Part shown: in pieces, positions 12,922-23,415 of the stretch
How positions within the stretch are numbered: the stretch's first letter is position 1
How the letters are laid out: every line of letters starts with the position of its first letter
Assembly: GCA_947170225.1 (NCBI GenBank)
Contig: CAMVSQ010000006.1
Location: 14,404-54,403, forward strand
DNA from: an uncultured bacterium
GTDB lineage: Bacteria > Patescibacteriota > Gracilibacteria > Absconditabacterales > Absconditicoccaceae
Reading direction: 5' to 3'
Length of the DNA stretch: 40,000 nucleotides
Notes under the pieces: generated by a model
Seen by the model: only the letters and a program-made list of their open reading frames with translations
What the model was told of the DNA's origin: nothing
Database searches by the model: none
Program-made: the position numbers and the translations under genes

Positions 12922-15603
12922 TTATGATTTTCTTTCAAATCTAATTTTTTTTATTTTGTGCCAAATTGCTGCTCCAATAATTCAAATTCAGCTGATTATC
13001 AGCATTTCTACCAAATCGCGTCATCTCAAAGCCACTGTATCAAACATCTTTGCCAAAAATGGTATATATACTACCATAAATGTCAGTAGAATAGATACAA
13101 ACACAGCTCCAAACAGCCATTTATTTGACAAAAATTTGACTCCATAATCTGCTCTAACTACAAATACAGCCAACATTTCAAGTATTACCAATAATACAAA
13201 TACCCCAGTCCTTGCCAAATCTATATCTGTTGATACATTTATCATAAAAAATGCCAAACATCACATTGTCACAAATATTGATATCATCAAAATGCTGATA
13301 AGCATTTCTTTGTCCAAAATTTTCGATCATTTTTTTCTAGGCTTTTGTTTCATAATATCTTCCGCTACGGGATCAATTCACAGTGCCAATGCAGGCAAAC
13401 CATCTGTCACCAAATTCAACCAAAGTATCTGTATTGCCAAAAGTGGCGTAGGCATACCGCACAAACTAGCTATAAATATGATCAATATCTCCGAAAAATT
13501 TGTAGAAAACATAAAATTTACAAATTTTTTAATATTGTCGTAAATTCACCTTCATTCCTGTATTGCGTTTACTATGGTAGAAAAATTATCATCCAACAAT
13601 ATTAAATCACTCGCCTCTTTGCTCACATCAGTACCAGTAATTCACATTGCTACACCAATATCTGCATGTTTCAATGCTGGAGCATCATTTACACCATCTC
13701 ATGTCATAGCTACTACATTTCATTTTGATTTGAGCAATTTCACCAATCTCTGCTTGTGATTTGGACTAACTCTTGCAAAAATTGATACTTCATCCAAAAG
13801 TTTTTTTATCTGTATATCAGACATATCATCCAGTTGAATTCATTCAATAGATTTTCAATTCAATCATAATTCAGCACCAATAGCTCATGCTGTCACAATA
13901 TTGTCTCATGTAATCATGATCACTCTGATTCAAGCTTCATGACACTCTTTTATAGATTGCCTTACCTCTGGCCTTGGCGGATCAATCATCGCCTGAAGTC
14001 CTACAAAGACCAAATTATTTTCATCCAAATCTCATTTCACAGTTTTTTTGTAAGCAAATCACAATACTCTCAATGCAGATTTTGCAAATTTTTCGTTTTG
14101 AGACAGTATTTTATTTTTGTTTGCTTGTGTCAATTTTGTTTCTTTTTCATTTACCAATATATGAGAACATTTTTCCAATAACATTTCTGGAGCTCATTTG
14201 GTAAACATTATTACTTCTTTTCACTTTTGGCGGATGGTTGTCATGAGCTTTCTCTCTGAATCAAATGTTATTTCATCTATCAATTTGTATTCTGACTCTT
14301 CTTTTTCTCTATTCAATCATCATTTAAAAGCACTGACCAACAGTGCTACTTCTGTAGGATCTCAAATCACATGTTTTCAGTTTATAGCAGAATTATTACA
14401 CAAAAGTCAAATTTTCAAAAGTCTAGAAATTCCGTGTTCATGCTTAATTTCTTCATATTTCAATTGATGATCTTCATGCCCATGATATCCTACTCCAGAA
14501 ATATCAAATATTTCATCATCCACATACAATTTTTTTACTGTCATCTCATTTTTGGTCAATGTTCATGTTTTATCCGTACAAATCACATTTACCGCTCCCA
14601 ATGTTTCCACACTTCAAAGCTTTCTCATCAGTGCATTTTTTTTCACTAACTTTTTTACTCAAATAGAAAGTGCTATCGTTACCACAGCTGGTAATCATTC
14701 AGGGATTGCTGCTACTGCAAGTGCAATCGCCACAAACAATCACGATTTCAAAGATAAAATCCAGCTTTTCCAATCTCATGTATCCAATGCTGACCTAAAA
14801 AGTTGCAATCATTCTCATGTAAAAGCATCTACCATAAAAATCAAAACACAAATTATCAATATGATTACTCATAATTTTTTGCTCAAAGAATCCAAATCTC
14901 TTTGCAAATGAGTTTGTTTTTCTGGTGCTTCTTGAAGCATTCATGCTATTTTTCCTATCTCCGAGTCCATTCAAACATTTGTCACTACTGCCATTCCACG
15001 ACCTTTTGTAATTTCTGTCCCCGAAAACACCATGTTGCACTGATCTCCAAGTGGGACAATTTCTTTGATTGTTTCTATATTTTTCGCCACTGGCACAGAC
15101 TCTCAAGTCAAGACCGCTTCTGCCACCTCTACATTCATTGATTGGATCAAACGAGCATCTGCTCCAATTTTGTCTCATGCTTCAAAAATAATCAAATCTC
15201 AAACAACCAATTCACTTGAATCAATCAACATTTCCTTTCCTCATCTAATCACTTTTGCTTTCAATGCCGCCATTTGCTTCAATGATTCTATCGATTTTTC
15301 AGCATTGTATTCCTGTACAAATCACAATATTGCATTTAAAATTACAATTACAACAATTACAATAGCATCCACTCGTTCTCACATAACTGCAGAAATTACT
15401 ATCGCAAACAATAAAATCAAAATCAAAAAACTTTTGAATTGATCAAAAAAAATCTTCCAAGGATTTATTTTATTTTTTGATTCAATCTTGTTTTCTCCGT
15501 ATTTATCTCTACTCTCTTTCACTCATTTTTCAGTCAATCCAGACTTCAAATTTGTAAAATAAAGCTTTTCTAAATCTTTCACATTTTGCTGATAATTCAA
15601 CAT
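12922..15603 (-). CDS. P-type cation-transporting ATPase (P2-type, Ca2+/Mg2+-like, 893 aa)
   Basis: ..AVAAIPEGLPAVVTIALS.., ICTDKTGTLTKNEM (DKTGT at 14560-14574, its Gly is UGA), ..TGDNIVTA.., ..MTGDGVNDAPALK... C-terminal TM helices match ORF 13021..13257. Confidence 0.9.
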
Positions 15604-15628
15604 TACAAAAACTTATGAAATAAAATTT

Positions 15629-15704
15629 TTAGTCATTAGTTTCCAGTCAATTCTTTATAGTAATAAAACTAGTGACTAGCGTCTAGAGTCTAGCGACTAG
15701 CTAA
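15629..15704. repeat. Heptad-periodic palindromic intergenic element, copy 4
   Basis: GTCATTA GTTTCCA GTCAATT .. CTAGTGA CTAGCGT CTAGAGT CTAGCGA CTAGCTA A: six CTAG at 7-nt spacing. Lies in the divergent region between the ATPase gene and tmRNA. Confidence 0.8.
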
Positions 15705-15790
15705 TTATACTCCAAAATCAAAAAAAATGCAAAAAAATAAACACTTTTTTTTCAAAAAATTACAAATTTTTCAAAAAATATATATAATAT

Positions 15791-15818
15791 TTGATTTTTC
15801 TTTCTTTTTCATTATAAT
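15791..15818 (+). promoter_or_regulatory. Putative sigma70-type promoter of tmRNA
   Basis: TTGATT (15791-15796), 16-nt spacer, TATAAT (15813-15818). Mature tmRNA 5' end at 15833. Confidence 0.5.
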
Positions 15819-15832
15819 GACTCCATTGAAGT

Positions 15833-16199
15833 GGGGATGTATTTTGGTTTCGATAGAAGATTTCCATAATCAATAATTGCCACCATTCGATGAGTGTACC
15901 GAATCAAAAATAATCGCTCAGCATGTAAAAATGCAAAATCAAAAAATTTGTTAGCTAGAGCTAACGCTTTCGTTTTAAACTATGCTTAGTTTAGCGATCG
16001 TATCATCCTTTGTTCCAGACTCCTACTAAAGACAAAGGCGAAATCCAGTAGGGCGGGCTTCAGCAAGTGAAGCAAAAAAGTCTGATATAGCTTTGATTAT
16101 ATCAAAATCTGTGCGTGTTTGCCCGCCAAAAGACAAACTATAGTGGTAGATATTAGGGATTATGTCTTTTAGACACCGGTTCAATTCCGGTCATCTCCA
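15833..16199 (+). ncRNA. ssrA: tmRNA (transfer-messenger RNA)
   Basis: 5' GGGGATGTATTTTGGTTTCGA.. pairs with 3' ..GGTTCAATTCCGGTCATCTCCA (acceptor stem with a G3:U wobble, T-arm GGTTCAATTCCGG). Internal tag frame ..GCTAACGCTTTCGTTTTAAACTATGCTTAG. Island of higher GC in AT-rich DNA. Confidence 0.9.
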
Positions 16200-16227
16200 A
16201 AAAAATATGCAATACAATTGTTAAATT

Positions 16228-16254
16228 ACTTTACTTCGCAGTAAAGTTTTTTTT
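16228..16254 (+). terminator. Intrinsic terminator of tmRNA
   Basis: ACTTTACT tcgc AGTAAAGT hairpin followed by TTTTTTT. Confidence 0.75.
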
Positions 16255-16255
16255 C

Positions 16256-16292
16256 TACAAAAAAAGCAGATTATAAGACTCTTACAATCTGC
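16256..16292 (-). terminator. Intrinsic terminator of the small minus-strand gene
   Basis: GCAGATT..TAAG act CTTA..AATCTGC hairpin. On the minus strand it is followed by a T-run (A-run 16255-16265 on plus). Confidence 0.7.
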
Positions 16293-16301
16293 CAACACTT
16301 T

Positions 16302-16553
16302 CTAACACAAACCTGCTTGGGTTGAAGTCACAAACCTCAATCCGGCTCTTTCAGCTTTTTTACGCATAGGACCACCAATACCATCGCCAATAGCATGATT
16401 TTCATAGATAGTCCCATCAATATTTACTACAGCACCCATAAAAGTACCGTCTTTCCTGTCCACCTTAAAACTGAATTCATTTGGCTGAAGATTCAGCCTC
16501 TTGAATGACCGAAATTCAGTCAATTCACCGAAAATTTTGCTGTTTTTAATCAT
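16302..16553 (-). CDS. Hypothetical small protein (83 aa), UGA-free and more GC-rich than its neighbours
   Basis: MIKNSKIFGELTEFRSF..AIGDGIGGPMRKKAERAGLRFVTSTQAGLC, TAG stop. All 10 Gly codons are GGN. Own consensus promoter and own terminator. Confidence 0.6.
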   Translation of the reverse strand: MIKNSKIFGELTEFRSFKRLNLQPNEFSFKVDRKDGTFMGAVVNIDGTIYENHAIGDGIGGPMRKKAERAGLRFVTSTQAGLC

Positions 16554-16585
16554 AATTCTAATTTTTATTGGGTTTAGCAAAGATG

Positions 16586-16613
16586 ATTATATATAATTAT
16601 AATTGTTTGTCAA
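16586..16613 (-). promoter_or_regulatory. Consensus sigma70-type promoter for the 83-aa gene
   Basis: Minus strand reads TTGACA (16608-16613), 16-nt spacer, TATAAT (16586-16591). Confidence 0.6.
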
Positions 16614-16621
16614 GACAAATT

Positions 16622-17104
16622 TTACTCATCTGCATCCTCTGCCTCAGCTTTCTTTGATTTTTCTACTGTTTCTTCACTAGCATTATCTCATTTTTCCTCA
16701 ATATGCAAAGCTCATCCATCCACCACCAATTTCAATTTTTTTCCAACCATTTCCAGCTGATCCAATCTTTTTTCTACGGAATCATCCAAATACAACCACC
16801 AATCCATACCCGTCACATCATCCTCTTCCAAAATCTTTGGTGTCTGAATTATCCCAATTTTTTTTCAATCAATATTTAATAAATAATTCAATTTATTATC
16901 TTTTCACAAAAATACTTTTGCTCAAATTCACATAATGTCATATTCTCCAGGGTATTCTATGATTGCATGTGGTAGTCTTTCTGTCACTACATCTTCTCCC
17001 ACTTCCAATGCTAAATTTACATAATCTGAATGTGGCTGTGTTGCTCAAAACAAAACTTTGTTTTCAATCAAAAATCCTTCTCATTCCAATTTAATATCAA
17101 CCAT
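16622..17104 (-). CDS. Hypothetical protein (160 aa), acidic C-terminal tail
   Basis: ATG..TAA under table 25: MVDIKLEGEGFLIENKVLF..IEYPGEYDIMGIGAKV..KSKKAEAEDADE. Faint resemblance to MBL-fold hydrolase fragments only. Confidence 0.5.
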
Positions 17105-17130
17105 TTTTTTTCTTTTATAAATTAAAATAT

Positions 17131-18282
17131 TTAACCTCCAAAAAAACTTGGATTTATCAAACTCAAAATAAGTCATGAAGATCACAATAATATCAACGAA
17201 ATTATCACATTTTTTATTATCGTGATTCACTTATTATAGCTTGATCAATTAAATGCTCATGCTGTAATCATAAGTCAAGATACAATTATCATCAAAAACG
17301 AAAATATCATAATCACAGACATCAATATTTTCATCAATCACTGCATTAAAATTGGGAAAGCCGTCACACTTGTCACACTAGTAGTATTTGGATTAGATGA
17401 ATCTGTATTCATCTCGATACAATCCCCAATAAATGGCACTCCCATGTTTAGTTGAATCCCACAGCATGCAGTAGTAGAATCACAAATACATTTTGTATGC
17501 TCAGCATTTGGAATTGTTCAAGTGCCACATCTTCTACAATCACTGGAAGAAGCACCTCACTCTGGCAAATATTGATCATTTCAAGGACACAATGAAACTG
17601 CATTTCATCAATTTACTTCTCATCAACTTTGAGAACTTCAGGAGCTTTGGTTGCCAGATCCTAATCATCACTCTCCAGATCCAGTAGATCAAACTTCAGT
17701 TCCAGTAGATCAAACTTCAGTTCCAGTAGATCAAATTTCAGTTCCAGTAGATCAAACTTCAGTTCCAGTTGAGTTAGAAGATTCATTTGTCTGACAACAT
17801 TGATAATTCATACCAAAAGCAGCATGAGAAACTAAATTAGCATCCGAAGAACAAGACAAATTTCAATCATTTAGTATAGGAGCTTGTAAATCATCTCATG
17901 TACACATCATAGAAACACAACTTCTTATCGCCGATCTCATCCTATTTCACGCTCTTCAATCTATACAAGTAGAACAAGATCATCAAATTTGTTGCATCTT
18001 AGTTTGAATAGTTGCCACATTACTAGCATTACAATTTGACCAGGAAATATTTATCATCTTCAAAAACAAATCTGCACCATCTAATGCTTGCTGATTATTG
18101 TATCGTTGATCCCCATTCAGTGCAACAGACCAACACTGTCCAGCTTGCTGTCAATTTCATGGATAAGGGCTACGACTTCATGCCGACATATCTGGTGTAC
18201 AATCTCACAAACTCACAGCACCGACAAAAAAACCCATTCAGACAGCAAAACTCAAAATATATTTTATATTTTTTATTTTCAT
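17131..18282 (-). CDS. Secreted Cys-rich protein with TEVGSTG tandem repeats and two C-terminal TM helices (T4SS-pilin/VirB2-like topology, 383 aa)
   Basis: MKIKNIKYILSFAVGMGFFVGAVSLG signal. Many Cys (CSTCIDG, CVSMMCTG, YQCCQT, DCRRCGTG, CICDSTTACCG). C-terminus ..FPILMQGLMKILMSVIMIFSFLMIIVSGLMITAGAF..IISLILLGSSGLILSLINPSFFGG. Entire frame scanned stop-free. Confidence 0.7.
17681..17764 (-). repeat. Four tandem 21-bp repeats inside the Cys-rich protein gene
   Basis: ccagtagatcaaacttcagtt x4 (third copy has aaatttc). Encodes TEVGSTG x4 on the minus strand, with one UGA-Gly per unit. Confidence 0.9.
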
Positions 18283-18307
18283 CAAAAAGATTTTTTCAAG
18301 ATAAAAT

Positions 18308-18754
18308 CTATTTTAGCATATCGTTTATCACTTCATTTGCAATAGATCAATCAATTTCTTCTCCATATTTCGATTTAATTGCTCACATAATTTGTCATCT
18401 CTGCTTAGCCAGTTCTGTAATTCCAAGCTCTGAAATAAGTCATTCAACAATTTCTTTTGTCTCTTGTTTTGATTTGCATTGAGGCAAATAAAATTCCAAA
18501 ATTATTTTTTTTGCTTTTTCTTCTGCCAACTCCTCTTTTTTATCCGATTTTTCCAAAAATCCAATAGACTCACAAATTGCTTTTATCTCTTTTTTCAAAA
18601 TCTTGATAATATCAATATCTTCCAATTCTTTTTGCAATTCTATCTTTTTGTTTTTTATCTGTGCAATGATATAATTTAACGCAGATTTTTTTGTATTGTC
18701 CCTATCTTTCATAGCAGACAAGTAATCTTTTTGAATCTGTTCCAACAAAGACAT
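18308..18754 (-). CDS. yqeY: GatB/YqeY domain-containing protein (148 aa)
   Basis: MSLLEQIQKDYLSAMKDRDNTKKSALNYIIAQIKNKKIE.. continues through UGA to ..GQIMGAIKSKYGEEIDGSIANEVINDMLK. Confidence 0.8.
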
Positions 18755-18822
18755 GACATGTAACTAAAAATTTAAAAAAAGTGATTGTAAATTATATTTT
18801 ATAACTGAATTATATTTTATTT

Positions 18823-18906
18823 TGCTCAAGAGGGGACTTGAACCCCCACGGACAGTCGTCCACAGCGACCTCAACGCTGCGCGTATACCAGTTCCGCCAC
18901 CTGAGC
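18823..18906 (-). tRNA. tRNA-Leu (anticodon GAG)
   Basis: Cloverleaf folded by hand: acceptor GCTCAGG/CTTGAGC, anticodon stem CAGCG/CGCTG with loop TTGAGGT, long variable arm, T-loop GTTCAAGTC. CCA not encoded. Confidence 0.85.
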
Positions 18907-18914
18907 ATAAAAGA

Positions 18915-18996
18915 AAAGTCGCTAGTCTCTTGTCGATAGTCTCTAGATCTAATAATTGTTAATTTCTAGCGACTAGTGACTAACGACTAGCGACTC
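18915..18996. repeat. Heptad-periodic palindromic intergenic element, copy 5
   Basis: GTCGCTA GTCTCTT GTCGATA GTCTCTA GATCTAA .. CTAGCGA CTAGTGA CTAACGA CTAGCGA CT. Outer 11 bp AGTCGCTAGTC / GACTAGCGACT are perfectly complementary. Confidence 0.8.
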
Positions 18997-19003
18997 TGTA
19001 TTT

Positions 19004-20203
19004 TTAGTCTTCTGCTATTTCTTCCAAATTTTTTACTACATCTTCCAATCATTTTGAGGCTGGCTTTTTTGTAGTTTTTTTTGCTGGAGCTTTTGTTTCT
19101 TGTTTCGCTTCTGTAGAATCTAAATCTTTCATACTCAATCAAATTTTTCTATTTTTTGGATCAAGTAATATCAATTTAGCTTTTACAGTCTCTCCAAGTC
19201 TAACTACTTCATTTGGATTGTTTACAGATTTTTGAGACAATTCACTCAAGTGAACCAATCAGTTGATATCATCAAACACTCTGATAAATACTCCATAAGG
19301 AACGAATCTCACCACTTCTCATTCCACAATATCTCATACTTTGTATTTTTTTGGCAATTCTGTCCATGGATCTTCTTTCAATTTCTTTGATGAAAGTGAA
19401 ATTTTTCCATTTTCAAGTCAGATAACCTTAACTTTGATTTTATCACCAATTTTTCCTAATCTATCGATATTGTTTACATGTCCATAAGTAATTTCTGAAA
19501 TATGAACCAATCATTCTACTGTACCTCCAATTGTCACAAACAATCAGTAAGAAGAAACTCCAGAAACAACTCAATCAAATACTTTTCCAACTTCAAGCTC
19601 TGACAATACTTTTTCTCTTTCTTCTTTCAAAGCTTCTCTTTCAGACAAGATTATCCTTTTTTCATCTTCATCAATATTGATAATTCTTACTGCAATATCC
19701 TTTCAGATTAAATCCAATAATTTATCAAATATCGCTTCTTGGTCTCCATCCTCTACTCTAGGATAGTGAATTGGAGCCAATTGAGACAAAGGGATAAATC
19801 ATTTGATACCGTGCATATCTATCAACAATCATCAAAGATTTGCTTCTGTAGGTACCACTGTAATAATTTCATCTTTTTCAAATTTTGCAAGGATAGATTT
19901 CCATACATCATATTGCAACAATTTTGTCACTGAAACGATGTAATATCCATCTTCATGCCTAATGTCTGGGTTTACTACTTCCAATTCAATTTCTCTACCT
20001 GGAGCCAAATCATAGTGACTTCTCTCCAATTCTTTTACCTCTTTAGACAATATAATTCATGTAAATGCTCCATTGTCACAGTCAACCAATACACCATTGT
20101 CTATACTTTTCAAAATTATTCATTTAATTTTATTTCCTTCTCTTATCAAAGGAATTTTGATTTCTCATTCATGAATTCAATGAGAAAATGCTTTTAAATC
20201 CAT
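19004..20203 (-). CDS. rpsA: 30S ribosomal protein S1 (399 aa)
   Basis: Several S1 domains: ..GKVFDGVVSGVSSYGLFVTIGG-VEGLVHISE.., ..GDIVEGEVVRFVPYGVFIRVFDDINGLVHLSE... ATG..TAA in one frame. Confidence 0.9.
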
Positions 20204-20276
20204 TATAATATAAAACTTAAAAAATAAAAATAAATTTAATTTAGTCTGTTAACATTTTGATATGTTATTGAATAAA

Positions 20277-20531
20277 TTAAACTCTTACACCAACTTTTTT
20301 TGAAACCTTTGAATAAGAATCCACATCAGCATTTTTGATGTACTTTAGTAGATTTCTTCTTTTAGCTACTTTTTTCAACAAAGATCTCTTTGCATCAAAA
20401 TCTTTTGGGTGCAATTGCAAATGATTTTGAAGTACTGAAATTTCATCAGACAACAAACCTACTTGAAATTCTGGAGATCAAGTGTCTTTGTCGTGTCTTT
20501 GAAATTGTGAAACAGATTTTTTTTCTGCCAT
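20277..20531 (-). CDS. rpsO: 30S ribosomal protein S15 (84 aa)
   Basis: MAEKKSVSQFQRHDKDTGSPEFQVGLLSDEISVLQNHLQLHPKDFDAKRSLLKKVAKRRNLLKYIK.. Confidence 0.9.
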
Positions 20532-20605
20532 AATTAATAAATTAAAAAATAAAACGACGCTAGACAAATCAATCAGAAAAAATTTCCGATCAAAATGTCC
20601 AAAAT

Positions 20606-20678
20606 TACTCCCAACAGGACTCGAACCTGTATCTGCCCCTTAGGAGAGGGCTATTCTATCCAGCTGAACTATAGGAGC
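20606..20678 (-). tRNA. tRNA-Arg (anticodon CCT)
   Basis: Hand-folded cloverleaf: anticodon stem GCCCT/GGGGC, loop CTCCTAA, T-arm ACAGG TTCGAGT CCTGT. G1:U72 wobble in the acceptor stem. CCA not encoded. Confidence 0.8.
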
Positions 20679-20689
20679 ATAAACTCGCC

Positions 20690-20718
20690 TTCATAACTTT
20701 ATATATTTTTACTTGCAA
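20690..20718 (-). promoter_or_regulatory. Putative promoter of tRNA-Arg
   Basis: Minus strand: TTGCAA (20713-20718), 17-nt spacer, TATGAA (20690-20695), about 12 nt upstream of the tRNA 5' end. Confidence 0.35.
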
Positions 20719-20810
20719 AAAGCAACAGAAAATAAAAATTTTTCCCTTGATTTTAAAATCATTTTTGAATATAAAAAATTATCCAAAATTTTTAATTTTT
20801 ACTCAAATCA

Positions 20811-20999
20811 ATGGAGGAACAAAAAAAAGAATTAAGCGCTACTATGGCTACAGATACCAACAAAATGAAAATATGACAAAAAGAATTGGGAAATGCTATT
20901 TCAAACGACTGATCAAATAATCTAGCAAAAAATCAGATTCCTATCAGCATGGATAAACGAGAAAAACAACTGGCAAAAAATAGAAATCACGAAAACTAA
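20811..20999 (+). CDS. Hypothetical small protein (62 aa)
   Basis: ATG..TAA ORF under table 25 (MEEQKKELSATMATDTNKMKIGQKELGNAISNDGSNN..). No recognisable family, and coding status is uncertain. Confidence 0.3.
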
Positions 21000-21012
21000 T
21001 ATTATCTGAAAG

Positions 21013-21519
21013 CTATTTACCAAGAATTAAACACAAAGCTAGCAACAACAAAAATATTATTATCAAGACAATTATAGTTTTTAGCAATATTGAAAAAAAT
21101 CTCCTAATTCTTAGTTTTTTCAATAATTTATCCAATTTTTGCCATTCTTGATCTGAAATTGCTTTCTCTCACAATCTATCTTCTATTTTCAAAATTGTAT
21201 TTTTTATCAAACTTTTGTTTGGAATATATTGTGAAGTTCAAGATTTCAATACACTTTTTAGCACAATAATTCACGGATTTGTTTGCAATGAATCCAAATG
21301 ATTATAATAATACTCCGACCACAAATAAAGTATATTATCATATTCATAAATGATCTGTTTTTCCACCTTTTGAGAAAGATTTCACAATCTCATAGAGACA
21401 AACAAATAAAGTCACAAAATAAACACAAACAAAAGCACCAAAATAAGCCATGGTGTTTTTATAAACGATTCTCAAATAATATTGTTTACAGAATCTACTA
21501 CATTTGAAATAATTTCCAT
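21013..21519 (-). CDS. Hypothetical membrane protein (168 aa, N- and C-terminal TM segments)
   Basis: Frame traced codon by codon: MEIISNVVDSVNNIIGESFIKTPWLILVLLFVFILGLYLFV..QEWQKLDKLLKKLRIRRFFSILLKTIIVLIIIFLLLLALCLILGK, TAG stop. Starts 13 nt after the tilS stop. Confidence 0.55.
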
Positions 21520-21532
21520 ATTTACAATAATA

Positions 21533-22798
21533 TTACTTATAAAAATATTTTAAAATCTGGTTTCAATCAGCAATTACTGGGACAAAATTTCTCCAAAAAA
21601 TTGGAATTTTTTTGTTTATACAATATTTTCACCAAGATTTTGATCAAATTTTATCTCCTCTTTTGGGGTATCTCAAATATTTTCAAATCAAACTTTCATC
21701 ATCTATATTGACACCATTTTTTCAAATTTCCACATCTCATAATTTATCAATAATTATTTCTTTTTCAATACACTTTTCCCAAAAATTTTGTTTAGCTTTT
21801 ATTATATAAATTTTCCCATTTGAGACAAAAAAATAAACTCCATTTATATATTTATATCACTGCTCCGCCTTATGAAAAAATTGCAAAAATTCGTCCAATG
21901 TTTTTTTTGTCACATCCAAATAAATATTAAATTTTTTCAAAACTTGCAAAAAAACATTTTCATCAATAAAACCAAATGGTATCTCTCGCAAAAATGCAAA
22001 ATCAGCATTTCGATACGGAGATTTTTTAATTTCTATCAAATTTCAAATTTCCACTTTTGAATATTTTGACTCCAAATCTTTGTAAATTTGATTCATAGAA
22101 TCAAAAAAAGAACAAGAAATATCATCGTTTCTATTTGAAATTTCAGCCAAATATGGCAAAATAGACAATCTAATTTTGTTTCTCAAACTAGTATTTTGAT
22201 CCAAATTTGATTTATCAATTACATAGGGAATTGACAAATTATCACAAAATTTTTCCACGCTTTTTTTAGTCAAATCCAGTAATGGTCTGATAATTTGTGC
22301 AGAACTTAGCAAATTATTTTGGTCCAAAAACCTCATAGATAAAAATCAATTTAATCCAGCTCCACGACACATATTCATAAAACTAGATTCTATGCGATCT
22401 GTCAAATTGTGCCCCGTAATCAAATAATCAATACTATTTGATTCAATTATTCTGTTAAATTGACCATATCTTCGCTCTCTCAAGACATTTTCTCATTTAT
22501 CAAATCAATCATATTTACACACATACAAATTTAATCCACCAAAAAAAGAACGAATAAAACTTTCTTCATTATCAGTTTCTATCCTAGTTTTGTGATTACA
22601 ATGCACAAAAAACAAATTATCCAAATCCAAATTATTTTCCAAAAAATATTTATAAAGCAAAACACTCACGAGCATACTGTCTGGTCATCCACTTACAGCC
22701 ACCAAAATTTTTGTATTTGAAAAAACAATTTTAGACAATTTATCAAAAATCTGAAAAAACTCGTTTGGCAACACAATATTTTCTTTTATAGTTTTCAT
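21533..22798 (-). CDS. tilS: tRNA(Ile)-lysidine synthase (421 aa)
   Basis: PP-loop SGGPDS (22676-22693, second Gly is UGA), ..ITGHNLTDRIES.., C-terminal ..RYPKRGDKI..NKKIP. Frame traced by hand from 22798 to TAA at 21533. Confidence 0.85.
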
Positions 22799-22826
22799 TG
22801 ACAATTAAATGTAAAATAATATATAA

Positions 22827-22891
22827 TAAGTCGATAGTCACCAGACACTAATCTATAGTTAATTAAAACTATAGGATAGAGACTAGTGACC
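22827..22891. repeat. Heptad-periodic palindromic intergenic element, copy 6
   Basis: GTCGATA GTCACCA GACACTA ATCTATA G..CTATAGG ATAGAGA CTAGTGA CC. Sits in the divergent tilS / yceD region, about 28 nt from each start codon. Confidence 0.75.
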
Positions 22892-22918
22892 ATTTTACAT
22901 ATTTTTGCATCAATTCCA

Positions 22919-23410
22919 ATGAAAAATTCAAAATTTATAATCAATGTTTGAGACTTACTACTTTCTGCCTGAAAAAACGATGAAATTTCTTTTGAAAATG
23001 AAATGATTTCAGAAATAAACTGACTAACAAAAGATTGAATCAGCGGAAAAGTATTGATCCAATCTTTCAACAAAGAATCCCTACTAGTCACTCTACAAGA
23101 CATAAAATGCACTATCAAAGAGCCATGCGACAGATGTACCAAAGAATATGAGAGAAATATCTTTGTAGATCACTACTCTGCCAAATTTCAAGCAGAACCA
23201 GAAAAAGATTATGATTGAGACGATGAAGTATTTTTGATAGACTCAAATGAAACAATAGATATCAAAGAAATGATAATAAATGCTATTTTATTACAAGAAC
23301 CCTTCACAAAAAAATGTGAAGAATGTTTGAAATATGATGAAGAAAATTGAGAAACAGAAGATTGAAATCTAGATGTTTTTGAATGAAAAGGAAATATAAA
23401 TTTTAGATAA
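22919..23410 (+). CDS. yceD: YceD/DUF177 family protein (163 aa)
   Basis: ..IKCTIKEPCDRCTKEYERNI..IDIKEMIINAILLQEPFTKKCEECL... 492 nt, in frame under table 25. Confidence 0.75.
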
Positions 23411-23415
23411 AAATA

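Noticed and set aside
14795-15178. 127-aa minus-strand ORF inside the ATPase region
   Set aside because: It is out of frame with the P-type ATPase. The real frame looked closed only because its UGA-Gly codons were treated as stops. The translation is R/N/C-rich with no homology.
17681-17764. Possible CRISPR array (regular 21-bp repeats)
   Set aside because: The repeats are directly tandem with no spacers. They lie in frame inside a long ORF, encode TEVGSTG, and there are no cas genes nearby.
16200-18300. Integrated prophage or genomic island at the tmRNA 3' end
   Set aside because: No integrase, no phage-like genes, and no direct repeat of the tmRNA 3' end were found downstream. Only the single atypical mini-gene stands out.
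22795-23142. 115-aa minus-strand ORF overlapping the tilS-yceD intergenic region and yceD
   Set aside because: It runs through a heptad repeat element and is antisense to a well-supported DUF177/YceD gene, so it is spurious.
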